In this document: positions 1 to 9,202 of the stretch, one piece after another
Position numbering within the stretch: the stretch's first letter is position 1
How the letters are laid out: the number at the start of each line of letters is the position of its first letter
NCBI GenBank assembly: GCA_963667465.2
Contig: CAXXDN010000002.1
Span: 288,001 to 352,000 of the forward strand
Direction of reading: 5' to 3'
Length of the DNA stretch: 64,000 bases
Origin: Dehalococcoidia bacterium
GTDB taxonomy: Bacteria > Chloroflexota > Dehalococcoidia > UBA2979
Notes under the pieces: model-generated
The model's input: only the letters and a program-made list of their open reading frames with translations
Database searches by the model: none
What the model was told of the DNA's origin: nothing
Program-made: the position numbers and the translations under genes

Positions 1-573
1 ACAGCCCGGCCAGCTGCTGCACGCGTCCGTCGCGTCCGCTCCGACGACGTACGAGCCGCCGATCAGCGCGACGGCGACCAGCACCGTGGTGGAGATCGAG
101 ACCCGCAGGTACATCGCGCGTCGCGGGTCCTCGAGGCGGCGGCGCTCCGGCCCGAGGAAAGCAAACGCGGCGATCAGCGCGAGCACGGCTAGCAGCAGCA
201 GCGCCCCGCTCAGGTGCAGCGTGACGATCTCGGCGGGCAGCTCGCGCTCGACCGTCACCTTGCCGAGCCAGGCCTGGAGCGCCAGCAGCGGCAGCGAAGC
301 GATCGCCAGATTGCGCAGCGCACGGTCCCGGCGATGGAGCCGCAGCGTGACGGCGGCAGTCGCGACAATGAGCAGGCCGACGATCGCCGCCGCCGTGCGG
401 TGCGTGTACTCGATGATCGCGGTCCGCTCCGCGGGCGGGATGAGCTGGCCGTGGCAGAGCGGCCAGTCCGGGCAGCCGAGGCCGGAGCCGGTGGTCCGCA
501 CGATCGCGCCGATCGCGATCAGCACCAGCGTCGCGCCGACGGTGACGGCGGCCAGCCGCTGGTAGCGCGTCAC
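1..573 (-). CDS. ctaA: heme A synthase (COX15/CtaA), 3' part outside window
   Basis: Manual translation from GTG at 573 (not in the ORF track): MTRYQRLAAVTVGATLVLIAIGAIVRTTGSGLGCPDWPLCHG...IEYTHR, the CtaA CPDWPxC and EyxHR motifs; GTGA overlap with the upstream stop. Confidence 0.9.
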   Translation of the reverse strand, partial: MTRYQRLAAVTVGATLVLIAIGAIVRTTGSGLGCPDWPLCHGQLIPPAERTAIIEYTHRTAAAIVGLLIVATAAVTLRLHRRDRALRNLAIASLPLLALQAWLGKVTVERELPAEIVTLHLSGALLLLAVLALIAAFAFLGPERRRLEDPRRAMYLRVSISTTVLVAVALIGGSYVVGADATDACSSWPGC

Positions 574-749
574 TGCGCCTCGTCCTTCTCCGCCTCCTCG
601 CCCTCGGCCTCGGCCTCGGCGAGGCGCTCCTCGAGGCGCTGGACCTCGCGCTGCACGGAGCGCAGCCGCGCCTGCAGCCAGAGCAGGTAGACGAAGAGCC
701 CGGCCCAGAACACGGCGAAGCCGGCGAAGAGGAACTCGAGGAAGTCCAT
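570..749 (-). CDS. ccmD: CcmD-like heme exporter small subunit
   Basis: 59 aa MDFLEFLFAGFAVFWAGLFVYLLWLQ..., one TM helix plus charged tail, directly after ccmC. Confidence 0.75.
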   Translation of the reverse strand: MDFLEFLFAGFAVFWAGLFVYLLWLQARLRSVQREVQRLEERLAEAEAEGEEAEKDEAQ

Positions 750-1549
750 CAGGCTGCCCCGCTCCGTTGCGCCTCGCGGCGGTCGATCTCGGTGCGCAGG
801 TCGTCGCTGCGCACGCCGATCTGCTCGACCTCGGAGCGCAGCGCCACCAGCCACAGCGCGAGCAGCGTGATCGCCACCATGCCGAGCAGCAGTACCGCAA
901 GCATCGAGTCCGGCAGTGTCTGGCTGCCGGGCAGGCGCGTCACGATCGGGTCGGGGTGCAGGGTGCGCCACCAGCGCACGGAGAGGTTGACGATCGGGAT
1001 ATCGACGAAGCCGATGATCGCGAAGACCGCGGCGTAGCGGGCCGCCTGCACGTCGGTGCGCTCGGAGAGGCTGCGAGCCAGCAGGTAGCCGGCGTAGATC
1101 AGCAGCAGCACGAGGGTGCTTGTCAGGCGCGCGTCCCAGGCCCACCACACGCCCCAGATCGGCTTGCCCCAGATTGCGCCCGTGGCCAGCGTGAGCGCCG
1201 TGAACAGCACGCCCACGCTGGCCGCCGCCCGCGCGACCGCGTCGAAGCGCAGGTTGCGCGTCCAGAGCAGCGCGATTGAGGCGACGAACACGACGAAGAA
1301 GCAGAGATAGGCGGCAATCGCCGAGGGCACGTGGATGTAGAAGATGCGCTGCACCTCGCCCTCGATCGCCTCGCGCGGCGCGACGATCACGGCGCCGACG
1401 AGCATCGCGAGCATGAACGCGCCGGTGAGCGGCGGCAGCAGCGTCCAGCGCGCGTCGTACAGGGCCAGCATGGGACGCAGGGCGGCCAGGGCCCAGCGGG
1501 CCGCCGTGCCCCGCGAGGCGGTGTCGGCGGTGGGGGTCTGCGCGCTCAT
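749..1549 (-). CDS. ccmC: heme exporter / cytochrome c biogenesis protein CcmC
   Basis: WWD motif WGKPIWGVWWAWDARLT, flanking His (YIHVP, TLHP); start at MSAQ overlapping the ccmB stop. Confidence 0.93.
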   Translation of the reverse strand: MSAQTPTADTASRGTAARWALAALRPMLALYDARWTLLPPLTGAFMLAMLVGAVIVAPREAIEGEVQRIFYIHVPSAIAAYLCFFVVFVASIALLWTRNLRFDAVARAAASVGVLFTALTLATGAIWGKPIWGVWWAWDARLTSTLVLLLIYAGYLLARSLSERTDVQAARYAAVFAIIGFVDIPIVNLSVRWWRTLHPDPIVTRLPGSQTLPDSMLAVLLLGMVAITLLALWLVALRSEVEQIGVRSDDLRTEIDRREAQRSGAA

Positions 1550-2202
1550 TGCTCCGCCACGAAGGGGAACAGCAGGACACTGCCGAGGGCGGTCCACGCG
1601 GTGAAGACGGCGAGCAGCAGTAGCCAGGGCTCGCCGCCCGTCGGCAGATCGAGCGCGCCGCCCGTCGCGTGCACGGCGGCGATCAGCAGCGGCGTGAGCA
1701 GCGGCAACGCGAGTACGGGGATCAGCACCTCGCGCGAACGCACGCGGCTCCCGAGGGTGGAGAGCAGCGTAGTCAGGCTGACGTAGCCGAGCGTGCCGAG
1801 GACCATGATCGCGATCAGCTCCACGCTGAGCAGGGCGGTGTTGAAGAGGATAGTCGCCATCACCAGTACGGCCACCTCGATCAGCAGCAGCGCGAGCAGA
1901 TTGCTGATCAGCTTCGCCCCGTAGATCGCCGTGCGCGGCGCGGGGGCGACCAGCAGCGCGTCGAACGTGCCCTGCTCCGCCTCGGCCGCGAACGAGCGCC
2001 CGCTGGCGATGATCCCGGCGAAGAGGAACGTCACCCAGAGCACGCCCGGCAGCAGCGGCTTCACCTCGCCCGTCGCGAGGTCGAGGGCGAACGAGTAGGT
2101 CAGGACGCTGATCGCGGCGAAGGTCGCCGCGGAGAGCCAGCCGGACCGTTGCCGCCAGAGCAGCCGCAGATCCTTGAGCAGCACGGCAGTGGTTGCGTTC
2201 AT
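1546..2202 (-). CDS. ccmB: heme exporter permease CcmB
   Basis: KDLRLLWR, RSFAAEAEQGTFDALL, LIPVLALPLLTPLLI; between ccmA and ccmC. Confidence 0.9.
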   Translation of the reverse strand: MNATTAVLLKDLRLLWRQRSGWLSAATFAAISVLTYSFALDLATGEVKPLLPGVLWVTFLFAGIIASGRSFAAEAEQGTFDALLVAPAPRTAIYGAKLISNLLALLLIEVAVLVMATILFNTALLSVELIAIMVLGTLGYVSLTTLLSTLGSRVRSREVLIPVLALPLLTPLLIAAVHATGGALDLPTGGEPWLLLLAVFTAWTALGSVLLFPFVAEQ

Positions 2203-2873
2203 CGCGCAGCTCCCGCCGCAGCCCGGGACGCTTGCACGACCGCGCGGCCGGCGAGGAGTCGCCCGCGCTCCAGTTCCAGCACGCCGTCCGCCCAGGAGGA
2301 AACGCGCTCCCGCAGGTGCGTGGCGGCCAGGACGGTCAGGCCCGGCGCGTGCAGCACCAGCCGGTTGAGCACCTCGAGCGCCTCGCGGTCGAGGCCGGTC
2401 TCCGGCTCGTCGAGCAGCAGCACGGGTGGGCGGTGCAGCAGCGCGCGGGCGATCGCGAGCCGCTGGTGGTAGCCGCGCGAGAGCACGGCGGTGGGCTCGT
2501 CGCGGCGCAGCCACAGCCCCACCGCGCGCAACAGCTCCTCGACCCGCGCCCCGGCGTCGGCCACCGAGTAGAGGCGGGCGAAGAAGCGCAGGTTCTCCTC
2601 CGGCGTCAGCTCCTCGTAGAGCATCGGCTGATGCGTCAGCACCCCGATCGAGGCGCGCAGCGCCGAGCCATCCGAGGCGAGGTCGTGCCCGGCGACGGTC
2701 GCCTCGCCCTCGTTCGGCGAGAGCAGGGTGGAGAGCAGCGCGAGCAGCGTCGTCTTGCCCGCGCCGTTCGCGCCGAGCAGCGCGACCTTCGCGCCCTCGG
2801 CGACCTCGAACGAGACGTGGTCGACGGCGAGCGCGCTCCCGAAGCGCTTCGTCAGCCCGCGCGCCTCGATCAC
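2199..2873 (-). CDS. ccmA: heme ABC exporter ATP-binding protein CcmA
   Basis: Walker A GANGAGKTT, LSRGY signature, LLLDEP; operon context. Confidence 0.9.
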   Translation of the reverse strand: MIEARGLTKRFGSALAVDHVSFEVAEGAKVALLGANGAGKTTLLALLSTLLSPNEGEATVAGHDLASDGSALRASIGVLTHQPMLYEELTPEENLRFFARLYSVADAGARVEELLRAVGLWLRRDEPTAVLSRGYHQRLAIARALLHRPPVLLLDEPETGLDREALEVLNRLVLHAPGLTVLAATHLRERVSSWADGVLELERGRLLAGRAVVQASRAAAGAAR

Positions 2874-3892
2874 GCGGAGCCCCCGGCGCCCGCGCGCCGC
2901 AGGCCGGCGCGTAGCAGCAGCGCCCCGCCGCCGGTCACGAGGAGCGCGAGCAGCACCCCGGCGAGCGCGCCGCCCCTGTCGGTCAGCGGGTTAGCGGCGT
3001 TGCGCCCCGCCAGCCCCTCAAGGCGCACGCTGACGCTCTCGCCGGGCCTTGCCGCCGGGCGCACGATCACCTCGACGCGCTCCGTCGCGACTTCGCGCGA
3101 GTCCGCTCGCTCGCTTGCGCCGAGCGGCTCGAGGTCCTGGACGAAACGGCCGGGCACTTCGATCTCCATGCGCCCTGTCGGGAACGGCGCGGTGATGCGC
3201 AGGGTGTAGGCGTCTGCGGCGCGATCGTAGCCGACCACGTAGCGCGTGACGACCGAGGTGACGCCGGGCCGCAGCGCAGTCGTCGCGGCGATCACCCCGC
3301 CCTCGATCACGAAGCCGCTGTCCGTCCCCGCGCCGGAGGCCGCAACCACGCCGTCGGGCAGCGGCAGCCGCAGCGTGACGCCCTCCGCGTCGCCGACGTA
3401 GATGCGGTCGCCGGGGTTCGTCACCTCGTCGGTGCGCTCGATCGTCAGCTGCGCGGCTGCGCGGTCGAGCGCCAGCAGTGTCACCAGCGTCGCCTCGATG
3501 CGCAGGCCGGGGCGTTCGCGGGTCGCCTCGTAGATCGTGAGCTCGACGTCCGTCGTCGGGAGTTCGCGGGAGAGCAACAGGGGCGGCGAGAGGTACTGCA
3601 CGCCCTGGTACTCGGCGCGCACGACGTAGGTGCGCTGCGGATCGGCGGGCGCCTCGAACAGGAACGTGCCGCCCGCGCCGCTCACGGTCTGCACCGTCTC
3701 CAGACCACTGGCGCCGCCGAGGATGATCAGTTCCACGGCGATGTGCTCGGGAGCGGGGGCGCCTGCGCTGCCCTGCACCAGCGTCCCTCGGATCTCGCCG
3801 TCGGGCGTCTGCCCCGACGCCGGCGGAGCAAGGCCCGCCGGCGCGCCGCCGAGGAGGAGCGCGAGCAGCAGCAGCAGCGCCGTCCGGATCAC
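2870..3892 (-). CDS. exported membrane-anchored beta-rich protein in the ccm operon
   Basis: GTG start overlapping the upstream stop; signal peptide, beta-rich body, C-terminal TM helix. Confidence 0.7.
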   Translation of the reverse strand: MIRTALLLLLALLLGGAPAGLAPPASGQTPDGEIRGTLVQGSAGAPAPEHIAVELIILGGASGLETVQTVSGAGGTFLFEAPADPQRTYVVRAEYQGVQYLSPPLLLSRELPTTDVELTIYEATRERPGLRIEATLVTLLALDRAAAQLTIERTDEVTNPGDRIYVGDAEGVTLRLPLPDGVVAASGAGTDSGFVIEGGVIAATTALRPGVTSVVTRYVVGYDRAADAYTLRITAPFPTGRMEIEVPGRFVQDLEPLGASERADSREVATERVEVIVRPAARPGESVSVRLEGLAGRNAANPLTDRGGALAGVLLALLVTGGGALLLRAGLRRAGAGGSA

Positions 3893-4176
3893 GCCCGTGC
3901 GCGCACGTCGTCGCCCTCCGCGCGCAGCGTCTCGGTCAGCTCGCGCAGGCGGGGCGCGAGTGCGCGCCGCCCGGTGAGCCGTTCTCCGGGCGAGATGCGG
4001 CCGCTCGCCGCGTCGTCGTCCAGTTCGCGCAGCTCCGCGAGCAGCCGCGCGCGCTCCTCGCGCAGCGCCTCCAGCGAGGGCGCCTCGGCGGCCGGCAGAG
4101 CGGGCGCGCGGCGCAGGGGCAGGCCGATCAGCAGCGCCGCCAGCGTGGCGAACAGCAGCAGCACCAGCCACTCCAT
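3889..4176 (-). CDS. CcmI-like N-terminal domain protein
   Basis: TM helix then LLAELRELDDDAASGRIS, resembling the CcmI 'L.EL..D...G.I' segment; overlaps both neighbours. Confidence 0.65.
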   Translation of the reverse strand: MEWLVLLLFATLAALLIGLPLRRAPALPAAEAPSLEALREERARLLAELRELDDDAASGRISPGERLTGRRALAPRLRELTETLRAEGDDVRARA

Positions 4177-4700
4177 CAGGCGTCGCCTCCCCGCTCGGCG
4201 CCCGCGTCGAGCTGTTCGTCGAGCCAGCGCTCGTCGACCTCGGACGGCGCTCCGGCTGCGGCGAGGGGGCGCGCGCTGCGCCGCAGCCGCCACAGCGTCA
4301 TGCCGCCCCCGAGGCCGACGAGCAGGATCGAGCCGCCGACCCAGCCGAAGAGCACGAGGTTGAAGCCCGACCGCGGCAGATCCGCAAGCACGCGGTCGCC
4401 GAAGCGGGTGGAGAAGAAGAGCAGCACGTCGTCGTTGTTCGCGCCCGCCGCGAGCTGGTCGCGGATCTCGCGGCGCATGTCGTGGCAGACCTGCAACTCG
4501 CAGTGGTCGAGGCGCAGGTTCGTGCACTTTGGGCAGAGCAGCTGGCGCTCGAGCTGCAGCGCCTGCGCCTCCGGGTCCGGCTCGCTCGCCGAGCCCTCGC
4601 CGGGGGGCGCGATCGCCAGCAGCGCCGCCAGCGCGACGATGGCGATCGCCGCGACCGCCGCCGCGCCGAGCCCGATCCGCCGTCGCGCGGCCGGGTGCAG
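4176..4700 (-). CDS. ccmH: cytochrome c biogenesis protein CcmH (probable CTG start)
   Basis: The frame extends upstream of the ORF-track TTG to include a signal/TM helix and LLCPKC; MRREIRDQL...FGDRVL...P follows. Confidence 0.85.
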   Translation of the reverse strand: MHPAARRRIGLGAAAVAAIAIVALAALLAIAPPGEGSASEPDPEAQALQLERQLLCPKCTNLRLDHCELQVCHDMRREIRDQLAAGANNDDVLLFFSTRFGDRVLADLPRSGFNLVLFGWVGGSILLVGLGGGMTLWRLRRSARPLAAAGAPSEVDERWLDEQLDAGAERGGDA

Positions 4701-4701
4701 C

Positions 4702-6717
4702 TCAGGCCTCCGAGACCGGGCTGGCCGCGCCGGACGCTGGCGCCTCGCGGCGCTGCCTCGCGGGAGCGTTCACGGGTGCGAAGACCACGAGGCCGCCCGC
4801 GATGTAGACGCCTGCCCCGATCCAGAGCCAGAGCATCAGCGGGTTCACGAAGGCGCTGATCTCCGCGACGCCCTCGCTGTCCCAGCCCTGCAGGAAGACG
4901 TAGAGGTCCTCGCGCAGCCCCGTCTCGATGTCCACCTTCGTGAGCGGCACGCCAGGGAAGTTGGGGAAGAAGCGCCGCCCCGGTTCGAGCACGGCGACGA
5001 ACTCCCCGCCGTCCTGCACGCGCAGCAGCGACACCACCTCGGACTCGATCCCGTTCGCCAGGTCCGTACGCTCGCGCAGCCCGATGTACTCCACCGAGTA
5101 GCGCCCGATCTCGAACGACTCGCCGGGCGCGACCAGCGCGCGCGTCTGCTCCTGGTAGACGCTGGAGGAGACGGCGGCGATCGCCATCACGGCCAGCCCG
5201 AGGTGCACCAGGTAGCCGCCGTAGCGCCGCCGGTCGCGCTCGAACAGCGCCAGCACGGCGGCGGGCCAGTGCCGCCCGCTCGCCGCCCGCAGCGCGCGCG
5301 CCCCGAGCGCGAACTCGCGCAGCGTGACGTAGAGCAGCACTGTGGCGGAGATCAGCCCGGCGAGCGCGTAGCGGTCGCGCACGCCGAGCGTGACGAGGAG
5401 CGCGAGGCTCAGCAGCGCCACGGCCACGGGCCCTCGGAAGCGGCGCAGCAGCGTGACGCGGGCGGCGCGGCGCCACGGCAGCACCGTGCCGATCGCCATC
5501 AGCACCAGCAGCGCGACGAGCAACGGGCCGACGACGTCGTTGTAGAACGGCGCGGAGACGGTGATGCGCGCGTCCTGCAGCAGCTCCGAGAAGACCGGGA
5601 AGAGTGTCCCGCCAAGCACGATCAGCGCGATCACCGTGAACAGGTAGTTGTTCACGATCAGCGAGCTCTCCCGCGAGGCCAGCGACTCGAAGTCGTGGTC
5701 CGCCTGCAGCCGCCCGCTGCGCAGCGCCAGCAACACGACCGAGCCGAGCAGGGTCAGCCCGAGCAGCGCGAGGAAGTACGGGCCCACGTCGGAGACGGCG
5801 AACGAGTGCACGGAGGCGACAAGCCCGCTGCGCACGTTGAACGTCCCGAAGACGGCGAGCGCGAACGCCGCCAGCACGAGTGCGAGGTTCCACAGCTTCA
5901 GCATTCCGCGCCGCTCCTGGACCATCATCGAGTGCACGAACGCGGTCATCGGCAGCAGCGGCAGGATCGCCGAGTTCTCGACCGGGTCCCAGCCCCAGTA
6001 GCCGCCCCAGCCGAGCGTGGTGTAGGCCCAGAAGGCGCCGAGCAGGTTGCCGATGCTGAGCAGCAGCCAGGAGAGCAGCGCCCAGTGCCGCACGCTGCGC
6101 AGCCAGCGCCCATCGATCCGCCCGGACAGCAGCGCCGCCGCCCCAAGGGCGAAGGGCACCGCGGTGCTGACCAGCCCGGCGAGCATGAACGGCGGGTGGA
6201 CCAGCATCGAGCGGTCGACGAGCAGGGGATTGAGGCCGACGCCGTCCTCGGGTGTGACGGGGCTGACCTCGAAGGGCGAGGCGAGGAAGGCGACGGGCAG
6301 CAGGAAGGCGGCGAGGATGCCGCCGCTGATCGCCACCGCCTGCGCTGAGCCCCAGGGAATGCGCGGTACGGTCAGCAGCGCGAAGGCGGCGAGGAAGAGC
6401 GAGAGCAGCCACGTCCAGAACAGCAGCGAACCCGGCTGCCCACTGTAGAGCGAGGCCCACTTCATGTGCGGCAGCATCTCGCTCGATGAGACCTGCGCGA
6501 CGTGCGTCAGCGAGAAGTCGTCGTTGAGCAGCGCGTAGGCCAGCGTCCCGATCGCCAGCGTGGTGAAGCCGGCCGCGACCGGCAGCGCTCGCCGCGCCGC
6601 GCGCAGCAGCTCCGGCCGCTCGCGCAGGCTGGCCGCGAGCGCGGCGCCGAGGGCAAACAGCGCCGCCGCGAGCGCGGTCAGCACGGCGGCGGCTCCGATG
6701 GTGGCGGTGAGGTTCAT
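4702..6717 (-). CDS. ccmF: heme lyase CcmF
   Basis: WGGYWGWDPVEN, HPP, SVHSF, HLG motifs. Confidence 0.96.
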   Translation of the reverse strand: MNLTATIGAAAVLTALAAALFALGAALAASLRERPELLRAARRALPVAAGFTTLAIGTLAYALLNDDFSLTHVAQVSSSEMLPHMKWASLYSGQPGSLLFWTWLLSLFLAAFALLTVPRIPWGSAQAVAISGGILAAFLLPVAFLASPFEVSPVTPEDGVGLNPLLVDRSMLVHPPFMLAGLVSTAVPFALGAAALLSGRIDGRWLRSVRHWALLSWLLLSIGNLLGAFWAYTTLGWGGYWGWDPVENSAILPLLPMTAFVHSMMVQERRGMLKLWNLALVLAAFALAVFGTFNVRSGLVASVHSFAVSDVGPYFLALLGLTLLGSVVLLALRSGRLQADHDFESLASRESSLIVNNYLFTVIALIVLGGTLFPVFSELLQDARITVSAPFYNDVVGPLLVALLVLMAIGTVLPWRRAARVTLLRRFRGPVAVALLSLALLVTLGVRDRYALAGLISATVLLYVTLREFALGARALRAASGRHWPAAVLALFERDRRRYGGYLVHLGLAVMAIAAVSSSVYQEQTRALVAPGESFEIGRYSVEYIGLRERTDLANGIESEVVSLLRVQDGGEFVAVLEPGRRFFPNFPGVPLTKVDIETGLREDLYVFLQGWDSEGVAEISAFVNPLMLWLWIGAGVYIAGGLVVFAPVNAPARQRREAPASGAASPVSEA

Positions 6718-6741
6718 GCGGGCGGCCTCGCGTTCGCCTCG

Positions 6742-7185
6742 TCAGGGCGCCGCGATCGAGGCGTCTTCGGCGTCGGTCACGAACTCCGGCTCATGCCGGA
6801 TGATCACGCTCGTCGCCTGTAGCAGCCCCTCGCCGGCGGCGACGCCCTCGACGACCACGAAGGCGCGCGGCGTGAACAGGTCGGGGACGATGCCGTCGTA
6901 CTCGATGCGCATCGTCTCGCCCTCTTCGCCCTCGATCACCCAGCTCACGGGGCGGCCGTTCTCCTCGACGATTGTGCCGTCGACGACGCGCCCGCCGACC
7001 CGCCAGCGGCGGCCCTCGGCGTCGATCTCCTGGGCGAACTCCTCGGGCGTGGTGTAGTAGGCGCCGTCGAAGGCCTGCACCGCCATCGCCGTGATCGCGG
7101 CGGTCGCGATCACGAGGATCGCGACGAGGCGGCCTCGCCGGCTGGCGAGCGGGCCGTTGCTGACGAGGTTGCCGAGTCTGCTCAT
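6742..7185 (-). CDS. ccmE: heme chaperone CcmE
   Basis: YYTTPEE, RVGGRVVDGTI, YDGIVPDLF, VVVEG and C-terminal RHEPEF. Confidence 0.88.
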   Translation of the reverse strand: MSRLGNLVSNGPLASRRGRLVAILVIATAAITAMAVQAFDGAYYTTPEEFAQEIDAEGRRWRVGGRVVDGTIVEENGRPVSWVIEGEEGETMRIEYDGIVPDLFTPRAFVVVEGVAAGEGLLQATSVIIRHEPEFVTDAEDASIAAP

Positions 7186-7231
7186 CGCTCTCGCTTCGCT
7201 GCCCCGGCGGCGCGCGCTGGCCGGTACTCGC

Positions 7232-7852
7232 TCATGACTCGGAGCCGCCACCGGCCGAGATGATCGCTTCCAGCATCGCGCGGAACTCGCTTTCGCGCAG
7301 TTCCCCCAGGAACTTGTGCTGCACCTGCAGCCCCGGCGAGAGGAAGTACGCCTCCGGCACGCCGTTCACGCCGAACTCCAGGTAGACCTCGCCGGCGGCA
7401 TCCACCAGCGAGGGGAACGTCAGCCCGTGGCGCTCGACGAAGCGCCGCGCCTCGCGCTCGCTGTCGAGGATATTGACCCCGAGGAAGGCGTAGCCGCGAG
7501 CCTCGAACTCTCTCCAGAGCTGCTCGATCAGCGGCGCCTCGCGCTCGCAGGGCGCGCACCAGGAGGCCCAGAAGTAGAGAAAGATCGGCCCGTCGGCGTA
7601 GTCCGCGATGGCGACCTCGCCGCCGCCGAGCGCGGGGAGGCTGAACTCGGCCGCGCGCTCGATGCCGGGATCGACCGCGCCGAGCGGGTCCCGCCCGACA
7701 TCGCGCAGCGAGGCGATCGCCAGCACGGCGATCAGCGCGAGCGCGGCGGAGCCGACGCCGATCACCAGCAGCCTGCCGTGGAGCGAGCGTGCGAACGTCC
7801 GCGCGGCCGCGATGATCATCGTCACACCTGCTTCGCCGGAGCGCCTCGACAC
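7232..7852 (-). CDS. TlpA/CcmG-like membrane-anchored thiol-disulfide oxidoreductase (start uncertain)
   Basis: FWASWCAPC, GVPE cis-Pro motif; first gene of the ccm operon. Confidence 0.9.
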   Translation of the reverse strand: MSRRSGEAGVTMIIAAARTFARSLHGRLLVIGVGSAALALIAVLAIASLRDVGRDPLGAVDPGIERAAEFSLPALGGGEVAIADYADGPIFLYFWASWCAPCEREAPLIEQLWREFEARGYAFLGVNILDSEREARRFVERHGLTFPSLVDAAGEVYLEFGVNGVPEAYFLSPGLQVQHKFLGELRESEFRAMLEAIISAGGGSES

Positions 7853-8060
7853 GGCGTTTCATCGGACGGAATCGGCTCGCCAGTGGCGTCCGAAACGGCT
7901 CCCGAGCGTCGCGGGAGGGCCCCGCGAGAGTTGCGCCGGGGCGCTCGTCGACCCGCTTCGCGCTTGACCCCGACACGGCCCAATGATAGCCATAGCTTCG
8001 CGTTGGGGGATCGCGCGCATTGTGCTCGCTGAGCGCGTGCGATTGACGGAGGGAGCCCCG

Positions 8061-9164
8061 GTGCGCAGTTCCCGCAGCCTCCGGCGTCTCGCCCCGGTTG
8101 CCCTGCTTGCCTTCGCCCTTGCGTTGGCGGCATGCAGCGACCCTCAGACGACCGTCGATCCCAAGTCGGACTTCGCCGACGACATCCAGTTTGTCTACCT
8201 GCTGACGTTCTGGCTGGGCATGGCCGTCTTCGTCGGCATCCTCGCGCTCACCGTCGGCCTCGCCTTCTGGTACCGCGAGCGCCCCGGCCGCGTCGCGAAG
8301 CAGATCCACGGCAACACCCGCCTCGAGGTCGTGTGGACGCTCATCCCTGTCGTGCTCGTCGTGGTGATGGCCGTGCCGACCTGGCAGGTCATCGCGGACA
8401 GCAGCAAGCCGGCTCCCGACGACGCGCTGCGAGTCAACGCTATCGGCCGCCAGTGGTGGTTCGAGTTCCAGTACGACCTCGACAACGACGGCGAGTACGA
8501 CGATCTGATCACCGCGAACGAGTTGCACATCCCGGCTGGCCGCGCGGTTACCTTCAACCTCCTCTCCGCCGACGTGATCCACTCCTTCTGGGTGCCGCAG
8601 CTCGCCGGCAAGGTGGACATGGTGCCGGGGCACGCGAACGACCTCTGGTTCACGCCCCACGAGGACGCCGCCCGCGCCGAGGCCTACCTCGGCCAGTGCG
8701 CCGAGTTCTGCGGCACCGCGCACGCCAACATGCGTTTCCGCGTGTACGTAGACACGCCGGAGGGCTTCGACGCCTGGGTGGCGAACGAGCAGGCGGACGG
8801 CGCCGAGCCGGCGGACGAGCTGGCGCAGCTGGGACAGGAGCTGTTCCTGACCCCCGTCTGGACGCTCCCCGGCGGCGGTGGCGGTATTCTCGGCTGCACC
8901 GGCTGCCACACCGTGGCCGGCGCCCCCGGCGCCGTGGGCAAGATCGGCCCGGACCTGACGCACGTCGGATCGCGCGGCACGATCGCCGCGGGAATCCTCG
9001 ACACGAACTTCGAAAACCTCGTCGCCTGGATCAGCAACCCCGATCGGGAGAAGCCCGGCGCCGACTACAACGACGATACAGCGAGATTCATGCCCGCCTT
9101 CGAGACCGTGCTGACGCGTGAGCAGATCGAGGCAATCGCCGTCTATCTGCTTGGGCTACAGTAG
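8061..9164 (+). CDS. ctaC: cytochrome c oxidase subunit II with fused cytochrome c (caa3 type), lipoprotein
   Basis: Lipobox LAAC, DVIHSFWVP, CuA motif CAEFCGTAHANM, heme c motif CTGCH and distal MP. Confidence 0.96.
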   Translation: MRSSRSLRRLAPVALLAFALALAACSDPQTTVDPKSDFADDIQFVYLLTFWLGMAVFVGILALTVGLAFWYRERPGRVAKQIHGNTRLEVVWTLIPVVLVVVMAVPTWQVIADSSKPAPDDALRVNAIGRQWWFEFQYDLDNDGEYDDLITANELHIPAGRAVTFNLLSADVIHSFWVPQLAGKVDMVPGHANDLWFTPHEDAARAEAYLGQCAEFCGTAHANMRFRVYVDTPEGFDAWVANEQADGAEPADELAQLGQELFLTPVWTLPGGGGGILGCTGCHTVAGAPGAVGKIGPDLTHVGSRGTIAAGILDTNFENLVAWISNPDREKPGADYNDDTARFMPAFETVLTREQIEAIAVYLLGLQ

Positions 9165-9202
9165 GTATCGGGCGAGCGCGGAGCCTGGAGGGGAGCACGA
9201 CG

